A stretch of DNA of 63,058 nt from Pseudomonadota bacterium (GTDB lineage: Bacteria; UBA10199; 2-02-FULL-44-16; DYJF01). Each line of letters begins with the position of its first letter. Positions within the stretch are counted from its first letter, which is position 1. The position numbers and the translations under genes were made by a program. The stretch lies in assembly GCA_043823065.1 (NCBI GenBank), contig JBDRBB010000016.1, positions 1 to 63,058 on the forward strand. Reading direction: 5' to 3'. The notes below the pieces were generated by a model that saw only the letters and a list, made by a program, of their open reading frames with translations, had not been told where the DNA came from and made no database searches. Below are positions 1-9,464 of this stretch, piece after piece.

Positions 1-164
1 ATCAGAAGAGTTATCATTCTAAAAAATTTGGTCAAGCCTAAAATGGTATATTTTACTAATTTTATTCTTTTTTATGGACAAATATTCCATTTTTTATATA
101 TAGTATGATTATTATTCTATATACGGCAGATTGACATTAATTAAATAAGGATTTAGGCAAAATT

Positions 165-617
165 ATGGCTATTACAATTGATCAAACTGATTTAAAAATT
201 ATCGACCTTTTAAGGAAGGATTCTAAAAAATCTAACCGCGAAATAGCTGAGCAACTAAAATTGCCAACCACTACTATTTTTAATCGCATCCGACGCCTAG
301 AAAAAGCAAAAATCATTCAAGGTTACACCATAGAATTGGATCATAAAAAATTAGGTCAAAAAATATCGGCCTACTCTTTAATTCACTATGATATTTCTAT
401 TTGGGATAAAGAAACCTCGAGAGAAGAACTTAGAAATCAACTTAAACACTTACCTCATGTTGTAGAAATAAAATATATTATTGGTCAATATGATATTCTT
501 ATCAAATTCCGCATTAAGGATATGAAAGAATTAAACGAGGTTTTGCTCAATCAATTGCGCAAGATTCCTGGTATTGGCCAAACTGAAACCTTTTTTGTTT
601 TAGAAGATGTATTTTAA
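165..617 (+). CDS. Lrp/AsnC family transcriptional regulator
   Basis: N-terminal HTH (DLKIIDLLRKDS...EIAEQLKL...RIRRLEKAKIIQGY) and C-terminal RAM domain (GQYDILIK...IPGIGQTETF). Confidence 0.93.
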   Translation: MAITIDQTDLKIIDLLRKDSKKSNREIAEQLKLPTTTIFNRIRRLEKAKIIQGYTIELDHKKLGQKISAYSLIHYDISIWDKETSREELRNQLKHLPHVVEIKYIIGQYDILIKFRIKDMKELNEVLLNQLRKIPGIGQTETFFVLEDVF

Positions 618-632
618 TTATAGAGATTTTTT

Positions 633-1460
633 TCAAAAAGTTCCCTGCAAACTCATGATTCCACCACCATCTATTTGAGCAACAGAAACCATAACATTTG
701 GTGCATTTGGCTTGTTTGATCTATGCAAGAAATATGGCAAGCAAAAACCAATTGCTGAGCCAATGACTGAACCAGCAATAACATCGGTTAAATAATGTTT
801 GTCAGCAGCAAGGCGCAAGAAACCGCTGGTTACCGCCACTGCCAAACCAGATCCCCAGATTAGCGGCGCTAATCTATATTCTCTCATGGAAGCAACTGTG
901 CCACTAGAAACAGCTAACGCAAATGCTATACTAGTGTGTCCTGAATAAAATGAGGTATTGTCTCTAGAATCAGAGCCAGGGTTAAGGGCATAATGCGCTG
1001 AAGGCCTTTGACGGCCTGTTGAAAATTTAAAGATTTGGGTTAACATAGCTGCGGATGAAACTGCTTCTGCAATAACTAATGCGTCAATGGGAAATTCATC
1101 TAATCTATTGTCATATGATGCAGCCAAAGCTTGAAGACCAAAAGCAACCATTGGCGCCAGGGCAAATACTGTAACGTGGCTGGTAATGTCAGCAGCTTTG
1201 GTATTGGACCAGGCAAGATTGCGATGGCCCCAGTCATCGAATCCATTCACCTCACACCAGCGGCAGGAAGATGGCGCAAGTTGTTTTTCAAAAGCTGCTG
1301 TTCCCAGAAAACCTGCAGCAGTAATCGCTGTAACAACAATATCCAGTTTAAGATTATAGCGAAGCTGGGGATGAGCGTCTTGCGCATTAACTGATAGCGG
1401 GGGAAAAAAGCTAAGGAAAATTACAATGCTAAATATGATTTTGAAACTTTTTATTTTCAT
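633..1460 (-). CDS. PAP2-family phosphatase, membrane/exported
   Basis: PAP2 motifs KFSTGRQRP, SFYSGH and LRLAADKHYLTDV; N-terminal signal peptide. Confidence 0.88.
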   Translation of the reverse strand: MKIKSFKIIFSIVIFLSFFPPLSVNAQDAHPQLRYNLKLDIVVTAITAAGFLGTAAFEKQLAPSSCRWCEVNGFDDWGHRNLAWSNTKAADITSHVTVFALAPMVAFGLQALAASYDNRLDEFPIDALVIAEAVSSAAMLTQIFKFSTGRQRPSAHYALNPGSDSRDNTSFYSGHTSIAFALAVSSGTVASMREYRLAPLIWGSGLAVAVTSGFLRLAADKHYLTDVIAGSVIGSAIGFCLPYFLHRSNKPNAPNVMVSVAQIDGGGIMSLQGTF

Positions 1461-1486
1461 TTATTTCCATATTATATTATGGATAT

Positions 1487-2110
1487 ATGCGCTCTATAAA
1501 AAATAACCAGATTTTGAGGAGAAACATGCGCACCCTGCCTTGTCAATCGAATAAACTTATAGAAAAAGAATTAGTACGCAAAATGCTTCATCTTCCTGTG
1601 TTTATATTTCCATTTATTGCGCTCAACTCTACTCTGGCCGCCCTGGCTGTTCTTATTTTGCTGGCAGCTGGTTACTTGGTTATTCTTATTTATGAGAAAC
1701 AATTTAATAAAACTGTTCCAATCCTTTCAACTATTATTTTATATTGCAGGAGAAGTACTGATTATGATTTAGGGCCTATCTATCTGGCCCTGGGCATGAT
1801 CGTGGCCTTATGCCTTACCTCTCCCAGAAATGTTTTCTATGCAGCTTATGTTATTGCTATTTGTGATAGTGCAGCGTCGCTTATAGGAATGCGTTTTGGG
1901 AGAAAGCAGATTCCAATATTTGGCAAAAGCTATCTTGGCAGCCTGGCTTTTTTTGCAACCTGTTTTTTGGGAGGTCTTTTTTACCTCACCCCTTTAATGT
2001 CGCTTGTGGCAGCACTATGTTTAGTAGTGATTGAGCTTATCTCAATAAAGGGTCTGGATAACTTCACCCTGCCCGTAGTTTCCCAAATTTTGTTATTGCT
2101 GATGGTGTAA
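1487..2110 (+). CDS. Dolichol/phytol kinase-like (CTP-dependent) membrane protein
   Basis: ELVRKMLH, CDSAASLIG..FG, KSYLGSLAFF and GLDNFTLP motifs; polytopic; start could be ATG 1526. Confidence 0.8.
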   Translation: MRSIKNNQILRRNMRTLPCQSNKLIEKELVRKMLHLPVFIFPFIALNSTLAALAVLILLAAGYLVILIYEKQFNKTVPILSTIILYCRRSTDYDLGPIYLALGMIVALCLTSPRNVFYAAYVIAICDSAASLIGMRFGRKQIPIFGKSYLGSLAFFATCFLGGLFYLTPLMSLVAALCLVVIELISIKGLDNFTLPVVSQILLLLMV

Positions 2111-2111
2111 C

Positions 2112-2678
2112 TTAGGCTTTTTGGGAGCGTTCTAGGTATTCGCCGGTTTCAGTATCCACTTTAATCACATCCCCTACTTCCACAAATGGCGGAACTTGAA
2201 CAACAAGGCCGGTTTCCAAAACAGCTTTTTTATATGAAGCTGAGGCAGTTTGTTTTTTTACTGAAGGTTCGGCTTCAGCAACTTTTAATTCCACGGTTTT
2301 AGGTAACTCAATACCCACTGGTTTACCTTCATAAAAAGTAACATCAATTTGAGTATTGGGCAGTAAATATTGAATAACCTCTCCCATCATATCATGGCCA
2401 ACATCAATCTGCTCATAATTTTCTATGTTCATTAAATGATAGCGCTCGCCATCATCATAGAGGTATTCCATCTTGTGGGTTTCTAAAAAAGCTTGTTCCA
2501 CTTCTTCAGTGGCCCGAAACCGATTTTCAAATTGGTTGCCGCTGCGCAAATTTCTGAGCTTTGCCTGAACTAAGGCGCGCAAATTGCCTGGGGTTAAATG
2601 CTTCACGCCCATAACACTGCAAAGCTCTCCATTAAAAATTATAATTGAACCTGGACGTATCCGATTTGCCTGAACCAT
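2112..2678 (-). CDS. efp: Elongation factor P
   Basis: TPGNLRA loop; LETGLVVQVPPFVEVGDVIKVDT..GEYLER. Confidence 0.97.
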   Translation of the reverse strand: MVQANRIRPGSIIIFNGELCSVMGVKHLTPGNLRALVQAKLRNLRSGNQFENRFRATEEVEQAFLETHKMEYLYDDGERYHLMNIENYEQIDVGHDMMGEVIQYLLPNTQIDVTFYEGKPVGIELPKTVELKVAEAEPSVKKQTASASYKKAVLETGLVVQVPPFVEVGDVIKVDTETGEYLERSQKA

Positions 2679-2692
2679 TACTTTCCTCCAAT

Positions 2693-5326
2693 TTAGGATT
2701 TTAAAAGTTTCTCAACACATTTCCAAACTATATTCTCAAAATCTCCAATCTTCTCCACTGCCCGGCCGCCACCTTGGGCAAAATCTGGACGACCGCCGCC
2801 TTTACCGTCAAACTCTTCAGATACTGCTTTGATAATATTTCCCACGTGCACTTTTTTACCAGCTAAATCCTTAGTTGTTGCACCAATTATGGTAATTTTA
2901 TCTTCAATCTGAGCGGCCACCAAAACCAAGCCAGATTTCATCTGCGCCAATCTATCTTCAGCAATTGTGGCTAAAGCTTTTCGGTCCTGAATATCTATTA
3001 CTGCAACATGAATTGGCACTTCGCTAATTTTTTTAATATCTTTTTGCCAATCATTTACCTGGCCTGTTGCTTGCTGCATTTTTGCTGCTTTTAATTCCTT
3101 TTCCAGTTTAGAGGTTTGAGCCAAAAGCTTGGCAACTTTTTCCTTAACCTCAGCTGGCGAACTCTTCAAAGCTTTAGCAATTTCTTGCTGATCATTTTCC
3201 AATTTAGCAACATAGCGCTCCGCCGCCCTACCAGTAATTACCTCTATGCGGCGAATACCTGCTGCCACACTAGATTCAGCAGTTATCTTTAATAAACCAA
3301 TTTCACCAGTTGCTTTAAGATGCGTGCCTCCGCAAAGCTCAATGGAAAAACCTTTTATCTCAATTAAGCGTACCTTTTCTCCATATTTTTCGCCAAAAAA
3401 AGCTAGAGCGCCTCTTTCAATTGCTTCATTATAAGATACCTCTTCAGTATTCACGCTAAAATTTTGGCGCACTGCCTTGTTAACTCTGGTTTCTACCTCT
3501 TGAATTTGTTCAGGAGTCAAAGCTTCAAAATGGGAAAAATCAAAACGAAAATATTCTGGAGAAACCAGAGAGCCGGATTGCTTTACATGCTCACCCAAAA
3601 CTTCGCGCAAGGCTCGATGCAATAAATGAGTTGCCGTGTGATTGCAACAAATATCTTGGCGTCGCTCACTATCAATAGCAAAGGTAAGCTGAGCTCCTTT
3701 TTCTACCTTACCTTTTTTTACCACGCCCTGGTGTAAAATAATTTCTGGCAAAGGACGTTTGGTATTCTTGATTTCAATTTCCACGCCCTCTTTCACAGCC
3801 AAACCAATGTCTCCGACTTGCCCGCCTGATTCACCATAAAAAGGAGTTTGATCAGCAATAATTCCAACCTCATCCCCAGGGTTAGCTTTATCAACCAGTT
3901 TGCCGTCCTTTAGGACAGCCAAAACTTTGCCTGGAGAACTTTCTTGATCATAACCAGTAAATTTTGATTTTATTCCTGAGCTTAATAATTCCCGATAAAC
4001 ATCTGCAACTTTTTCTTCACCACTGCCTTTCCAACTAGCCCTGGCCCTTTCTCTTTGTTCATTCATCTGTTTTTCAAAACCTTTATCATCAAGCTTCAAC
4101 CCCTGCTCTGCACAAATAATTTCAGTTAAATCTTTGGGAAAACCAAAAGTATCATAAAGCTTAAAAACAACGTCCCCAGACAATTCAGTTTTTTTGGCGT
4201 GTTTCAATTTAACAAAAGCGTTTTGCAAAATTTCCAGACCTTTGTCTAAAGTAGCCAGAAAACGTTCTTCTTCAGCCAAAATAACTTTTTCAATTAAATG
4301 CTGATGCTGGGCCAATTCAACATAGACATCGCCCATTTCATCAATTACAGCATGAGCAACTTTAGTTAAAAAAGGTTTGTCTTGCCCAATTTTTTTACCA
4401 AATCTGATGGCCCTTCTCATGATACGGCGCAACACATAACCCCGGCCTTCATTAGAAGGAACCACGCCATCTGCAATTAAAAAGGTCATACCGCGCGCAT
4501 GATCGGCAATTACTTTTAGCGCAACTTCTTGTTCAGCAGAAAGATTTTTTGGAGCATTGGTTGCTTGCCTGGCTTTATCAATTAATTCTTTAAAAAGATC
4601 TGTCTCCCAATTGCTATGTTTGCCTTGAACCACAGCAGCCAAGCGCTCTAAGCCCATACCGGTGTCAATACAAGGAGCTGCCAAAGAAGTTAAATTGCCT
4701 TGAACATCACGATTAAATTGCATGAAAACCAGGTTCCAAATTTCCATAAACCGGTCTGTTGCCAAGTCTTCTTTAGTCACAGGACCGGAACCAAAATCCC
4801 ACAGGATTTCTGAACAAGGCCCGCACGGACCAGTTTCGCCCATGGCCCAAAAGTTATCTTTTTCCCCTAATCTGAAAATACGATCTTTTGCTACGTGCTT
4901 GGTCCAAAGTTTTTCAGCTTCATCATCATCTTCAAACACAGTAATCCACAACCTGTTTTGATCTAAACCAAGTTCCTTGGTTAAAAATTCCCAGGCATAG
5001 GCAATGGCTTCTTTTTTGAAATAATCACCAAAGGAAAAATTGCCCAACATTTCAAAAAAAGTATGATGGCGCGGTGTATGACCCACGTTTTCCAAATCAT
5101 TGTGCTTACCTGAAACCCGCATGCATTTTTGCGAGGAACAAGCGCGCTGATATTCCCGCTTTTCCTGGCCCAAAAAAACTTCCTTGAATTGAACCATGCC
5201 CGCGTTAGTAAAAAACAAGGTGGGATCATTGGCTGGAACCAATGGGCTGCTGCGCACTCTGGCGTGACCTTTTTTTTCAAAATAGCTTAAAAACTTTTCC
5301 CGAAGTTCAGAAGATTTCATATTCAT
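2693..5326 (-). CDS. alaS: Alanine--tRNA ligase
   Basis: DPTLFFTNAGMVQFK, HHTFFEMLGNFSFGDYFK, NHTATH, ELCGGTH, GKGGGRPDFAQGG. Confidence 0.99.
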   Translation of the reverse strand: MNMKSSELREKFLSYFEKKGHARVRSSPLVPANDPTLFFTNAGMVQFKEVFLGQEKREYQRACSSQKCMRVSGKHNDLENVGHTPRHHTFFEMLGNFSFGDYFKKEAIAYAWEFLTKELGLDQNRLWITVFEDDDEAEKLWTKHVAKDRIFRLGEKDNFWAMGETGPCGPCSEILWDFGSGPVTKEDLATDRFMEIWNLVFMQFNRDVQGNLTSLAAPCIDTGMGLERLAAVVQGKHSNWETDLFKELIDKARQATNAPKNLSAEQEVALKVIADHARGMTFLIADGVVPSNEGRGYVLRRIMRRAIRFGKKIGQDKPFLTKVAHAVIDEMGDVYVELAQHQHLIEKVILAEEERFLATLDKGLEILQNAFVKLKHAKKTELSGDVVFKLYDTFGFPKDLTEIICAEQGLKLDDKGFEKQMNEQRERARASWKGSGEEKVADVYRELLSSGIKSKFTGYDQESSPGKVLAVLKDGKLVDKANPGDEVGIIADQTPFYGESGGQVGDIGLAVKEGVEIEIKNTKRPLPEIILHQGVVKKGKVEKGAQLTFAIDSERRQDICCNHTATHLLHRALREVLGEHVKQSGSLVSPEYFRFDFSHFEALTPEQIQEVETRVNKAVRQNFSVNTEEVSYNEAIERGALAFFGEKYGEKVRLIEIKGFSIELCGGTHLKATGEIGLLKITAESSVAAGIRRIEVITGRAAERYVAKLENDQQEIAKALKSSPAEVKEKVAKLLAQTSKLEKELKAAKMQQATGQVNDWQKDIKKISEVPIHVAVIDIQDRKALATIAEDRLAQMKSGLVLVAAQIEDKITIIGATTKDLAGKKVHVGNIIKAVSEEFDGKGGGRPDFAQGGGRAVEKIGDFENIVWKCVEKLLKS

Positions 5327-5332
5327 ATCAAC

Positions 5333-6439
5333 TTATTTTTTTGCTGTTTGTGTTTTTTGTTCTGTCTTTGCTTCCGCCTTAGTTGTTGCATTTGTGGTAT
5401 TAGCTGGAGCTGCTGTAAGTGGCGTTATTTTTATCTCAAATTTTTCATATACAGATTTCAAAATATTATGATAAATTTTTGGGTTCTCTTTTAGAAAAAG
5501 ACGCGCATTGTCCCTGCCCTGGCCGATTCTTTCCTCTCCCCAAGTATACCAGGCTCCGCTTTTTTCAATGATGCCAGCTTCTGCAGCTAAATCCAAAATA
5601 TCTCCTTCGCGCGAAATGCCTTCGCCGTAAATAATATCAAATTCTGCTTGTTTAAATGGCGGAGCAACTTTATTTTTCACAACTTTCACTCTGGTTCTGC
5701 TGCCAACAACATCTTCCCCAACTTTAATAGCGCCAATACGCCTAATATCCAAACGTACTGAAGAATAAAATTTCAAGGCATTGCCGCCAGTAGTTGTCTC
5801 TGGGTTACCAAACATTACGCCAATTTTCATACGCACTTGGTTAATAAAAATTACCAAAGTTTTGGAACGGGCAATAGTGGCCGTTAATTTGCGTAAAGCC
5901 TGACTCATCAAACGCGCTTGACCACCCATGGTAGCATCACCCATATCACCATCTAATTCAGCACGTGGAACAAGGGCTGCCACTGAATCAATGACTAAAA
6001 CATCTAAAGCAGCACTGCGCACCAAGGTGTCGGCAATTTCTAAGGCCTGCTCGCCGCTGTCTGGCTGACTAACTAGCAAATCTTCTACTTTAACGCCCAG
6101 TTTTTTTGCATATTCCACGTCAAAAGCATGTTCAGCATCAATAAACGCAGCCACCCCACCGTTACGCTGACCTTCGGCAATAATTTGCGTGGCTAAAGTT
6201 GTTTTACCAGAAGATTCTGGCCCGTAAATTTCTACAACTCTGCCCCGAGGCAAGCCGCCAATACCTGAGGCAATATCCAAAGATACTGAACCAGTAGAAA
6301 CAGTTTGAATACCAGAAACTATTGGCGCGTCTTTGCCTAAACGCATGATCGAGCCTTTGCCAAATTGCTTTTCAATGGAAGAGATGGCTAGGCTAATAAC
6401 TTTTTCTCTATTTTCAAAATTTTGAGGTGGTTGTTGCAT
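5333..6439 (-). CDS. recA: Recombinase RecA
   Basis: GPESSGKTT Walker [25 protein letters not shown]. Confidence 0.99.
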   Translation of the reverse strand: MQQPPQNFENREKVISLAISSIEKQFGKGSIMRLGKDAPIVSGIQTVSTGSVSLDIASGIGGLPRGRVVEIYGPESSGKTTLATQIIAEGQRNGGVAAFIDAEHAFDVEYAKKLGVKVEDLLVSQPDSGEQALEIADTLVRSAALDVLVIDSVAALVPRAELDGDMGDATMGGQARLMSQALRKLTATIARSKTLVIFINQVRMKIGVMFGNPETTTGGNALKFYSSVRLDIRRIGAIKVGEDVVGSRTRVKVVKNKVAPPFKQAEFDIIYGEGISREGDILDLAAEAGIIEKSGAWYTWGEERIGQGRDNARLFLKENPKIYHNILKSVYEKFEIKITPLTAAPANTTNATTKAEAKTEQKTQTAKK

Positions 6440-6452
6440 GATGTCTCCTTTT

Positions 6453-7040
6453 TTATTCTTCTTTTTTATTTCCTCTTAAGGAAAATGTTTTTAAGGCTGT
6501 ATAAATAGGTCCGTCCTTTGTCAATTCACTTTTATAAAGCACTAGGTTGTCAACATGAATACTGCCAAATTCTTTACCAGCCAGTTTTTCCAGCAGAGTT
6601 ACTAAACCTTCAGGATTTTTCAAAGCCGACTTGGTCCGCCCAATAGTTAGATGTAACCTAAAAGCCCTTGGATCTTTCTGAATATTAAACTTTAGAAACT
6701 TTTCTTCTAATTTAGCGTGCAAGCAAATGACCTGCTCCACATCACCTGTCAGACCAGTCCAGATCACCCGGGGATAACGCCAATTGGGAAATACTCCAAC
6801 CCCTACTCCCACAAAATCTAAAGGAGGCTCTTCATCTAATACTGCTTGAATATTTTTCGATATATCTCCCAAAAGCAAATCTTCATCAATATTACCAAAA
6901 AACTTTAAGGTGCAATGCATGTTATCTGGCTTTAGCCATTTAAAACCTTTGGCCTTAGGTTCTAAAAGTTCAATCAACTGGCCCAACTCTTTTTTAAGAG
7001 CATCATTAATGTCAAATGCCAGAAAAGACCGTATTTCCAT
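6453..7040 (-). CDS. thpR: RNA 2',3'-cyclic phosphodiesterase (2'-5' RNA ligase family)
   Basis: Two HxT motifs (HCTLKF, HLTIGR); cinA-thpR-recA context. Confidence 0.92.
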   Translation of the reverse strand: MEIRSFLAFDINDALKKELGQLIELLEPKAKGFKWLKPDNMHCTLKFFGNIDEDLLLGDISKNIQAVLDEEPPLDFVGVGVGVFPNWRYPRVIWTGLTGDVEQVICLHAKLEEKFLKFNIQKDPRAFRLHLTIGRTKSALKNPEGLVTLLEKLAGKEFGSIHVDNLVLYKSELTKDGPIYTALKTFSLRGNKKEE

Positions 7041-7042
7041 GT

Positions 7043-8254
7043 TTATCCTCTAAGCAAATATTTGCGCACCATATCTATTGCAGTCATTGCTGTCATCAAT
7101 TTTATGCGTTCCCGATTACCCTGAAATTTATGTTCAAAAACTTGGGCCTCTAATTTTGTAGCATAAGCCATAAAAATCAAGCCTACTGGTTTTTGCTCTG
7201 TACCACCACTAGGACCAGCAATACCAGTTACGCTAATTGCTAAATCCGTGTTACTTAAGTTCAACATTGCTTGGGCCATAGCCAAGGCAGTTTCTTTAGA
7301 AACTGCTCCAAAATCAGCAATAGTTTGGGATGGAACTTTTAAGATTTCCTGCTTGGAAGTATTGCTATAAGTAACTACCCCTCTTTCAAAATATTTGGAT
7401 GAACCAGCTACATCAGTAAGCAAAGAAGATAGCAAACCACCAGTGCAAGATTCAGCTACAGCCAAGTTAATACTCTTTTCAACCAATAATCTACCTACCA
7501 CACTAGCCAATTCATCATTACCCTCAGCATAAACCACATTACCCAACTGTTCTTTTATAGAATTTGCAGCCTTTTCTACTGCTTGCTGATTATTAGCAAT
7601 TAATTTAAGCAATATCTCTGGAAATTTTACTCGAAAACTTAATCTTGATTCAAAAAGATCAATTTTTTCTATTTTTTCCGCAATTGTTGCTTCAGGAAGC
7701 CCAAAACAACGCAAAATTTTAATAGCCTGCTGAGTCTTAGCTTTTTGTTTTAACCAGGGGAACACTGAATCTTCAAAAATCTGATATAATTCTATTGGCA
7801 CCCCAGGTAAAAAGAAAAATTCTTTTTCATCCCAGTTTACTTGAATGCCAGGTGCTGTTCCCACATCATTATATAATGGTTTTCCATGCTCAGGAATAAG
7901 AGCCTGCTTGCGATTTGTCTGGGCAATAGGCCTACCAATTTTTTCAAAAAAATTGTTTATTTTTTCATAAGTTGGCTGGTGAAGTTTAAGTTTTACATGA
8001 AACTCTTGTGCTGCTGCTTCTAAGGTTAAATCATCAGAAGTTGGCCCTAATCCACCACTTACTATTATACAATCAGCTTGGCTGGCAGCATATCTCAAGG
8101 CCCGACCTATTTCTTGCAGATTATCACCTACAGAAATATGCCCCGCAACCTCATGACCTAATAAAGCACATTTTTCTGAAATCCAGGCAGAATTGGAATC
8201 TATTATAATACCTTGCAGAATCTCATCCCCAGTTGTGACAACATATATTTTCAT
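7043..8254 (-). CDS. cinA: CinA family protein (molybdopterin-binding domain + NMN deamidase)
   Basis: GDEIL..., SGGLGPTSDDLT, AESCTGG, SVTGIAGPSGG; start moved to ATG 8254, overlapping the pgpA stop (ATGA). Confidence 0.94.
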   Translation of the reverse strand: MKIYVVTTGDEILQGIIIDSNSAWISEKCALLGHEVAGHISVGDNLQEIGRALRYAASQADCIIVSGGLGPTSDDLTLEAAAQEFHVKLKLHQPTYEKINNFFEKIGRPIAQTNRKQALIPEHGKPLYNDVGTAPGIQVNWDEKEFFFLPGVPIELYQIFEDSVFPWLKQKAKTQQAIKILRCFGLPEATIAEKIEKIDLFESRLSFRVKFPEILLKLIANNQQAVEKAANSIKEQLGNVVYAEGNDELASVVGRLLVEKSINLAVAESCTGGLLSSLLTDVAGSSKYFERGVVTYSNTSKQEILKVPSQTIADFGAVSKETALAMAQAMLNLSNTDLAISVTGIAGPSGGTEQKPVGLIFMAYATKLEAQVFEHKFQGNRERIKLMTAMTAIDMVRKYLLRG

Positions 8255-8709
8255 ATTATCGGCAAAATTAACCCAAATAACCACAGGGCAGCATTAGCAT
8301 ATATCCCAGCAAAAACATCATCTAACACCACACCCCACCCACTTATAAAACGTTTTTCAGCCCAATTAGCAGGAAAAGGTTTAACAATATCAAAAATACG
8401 AAACAAAATAAAACCACCTATTATTAATAAAATATCACCCTGATGAAAGGCCATGGTCACTAAAAAACCAGCAATTTCATCAATAACTATCTCTGGTGGA
8501 TCTTGCAGGCCAAAAATTTCCTGGGCCTGGGTGGCTACCCAAGCAGCTAAAAAGATAAAGGCAATAACAGTTGGGATATAAACTGCATCTGGCAGATATC
8601 TAAGTAATAGATAGAATAGAACACCTACCAAACTTCCTGCTGTGCCTGGGGCAATTGGACATTTACCTGCATAAAAACCTGTTGCTAATATGTAGATTAA
8701 TTTTTTCAT
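8251..8709 (-). CDS. pgpA: Phosphatidylglycerophosphatase A
   Basis: APGTAGS, DPPEIVIDEIAG, FRIFDIVKPFP, GVVLDDVFAG. Confidence 0.95.
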   Translation of the reverse strand: MKKLIYILATGFYAGKCPIAPGTAGSLVGVLFYLLLRYLPDAVYIPTVIAFIFLAAWVATQAQEIFGLQDPPEIVIDEIAGFLVTMAFHQGDILLIIGGFILFRIFDIVKPFPANWAEKRFISGWGVVLDDVFAGIYANAALWLFGLILPII

Positions 8710-8772
8710 TTTATGTATCTAACATTGCCTCATACAAAAAACAAGCTTTGCATAAAGTAAGTTATAGGCTCT

Positions 8773-9303
8773 CTATTTTTTTGCCTCAAAACCGATCTTC
8801 TTTTTTTCCTTTATACAAGGGGTATCCATTAGTTTACGAAGGGCATCAAAAATAACCTTGAACCTGACATCATATTTTTTCTCCATTAGCTCAAGTTTTC
8901 GGGCTAAATCTTTGTGCGAAATAATCATTTTGCGAAGTTGCACAAAAGCCCTCATTATTGCTACATTTACAGCTATTGCTCTTTCACTCTTAAGAACACC
9001 TGATAACATTGCTACGCCCTGCTCTGTAAAAACATAGGGCAAATAGCGCCGCCCCCCTACACCTAGCATATTTGGAAACTTTGAGGTTCCAAAATGGCAC
9101 CTCAAAGCAGCAACCTCTTGATTTGTAAGTTGAAACACAAAATCACTTGGAAACCGTTTGCGATTTCGTTTTACAGCACGATTAATAGCTTTAGTTTGCA
9201 CATCATAAAGTTTAGCAAGATCGCTATCGAGCATGACTTTTTCTTCCCGAATTAAATATATCATTTGCTGAATGTTTTCCGTTGGAATCAGATTCGTTAT
9301 CAT
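8773..9303 (-). CDS. ORF6N-domain DNA-binding protein
   Basis: KVMLDSDLAKLY..TKAINRAVKRN..RFP.DFVFQL and PYVFTEQGVAMLSGVLKS..AI.VN..IMRAFV. Confidence 0.92.
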   Translation of the reverse strand: MITNLIPTENIQQMIYLIREEKVMLDSDLAKLYDVQTKAINRAVKRNRKRFPSDFVFQLTNQEVAALRCHFGTSKFPNMLGVGGRRYLPYVFTEQGVAMLSGVLKSERAIAVNVAIMRAFVQLRKMIISHKDLARKLELMEKKYDVRFKVIFDALRKLMDTPCIKEKKKIGFEAKK

Positions 9304-9332
9304 TAATACCTCACCAATACAACCATCACTAA

Positions 9333-9348
9333 AGCAAGTACTGTGCCA
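9333..9348 (-). promoter_or_regulatory. sigma54 (-24/-12) promoter for the ORF6N gene
   Basis: Minus strand TGGCACAGTACTTGCT, exact GG-N10-GC spacing, about 30 nt upstream of the start. Confidence 0.7.
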
Positions 9349-9464
9349 GAGGAAAAATACTTAGAAAACAAGCGCAGGTCATCATCTGGGTGCAGCATTT
9401 TCGTCAGGCTTGTTCAAAAATGCTGCAGCTTGACTTTCAATTGATCTCATAGCAAGTAGCATTC

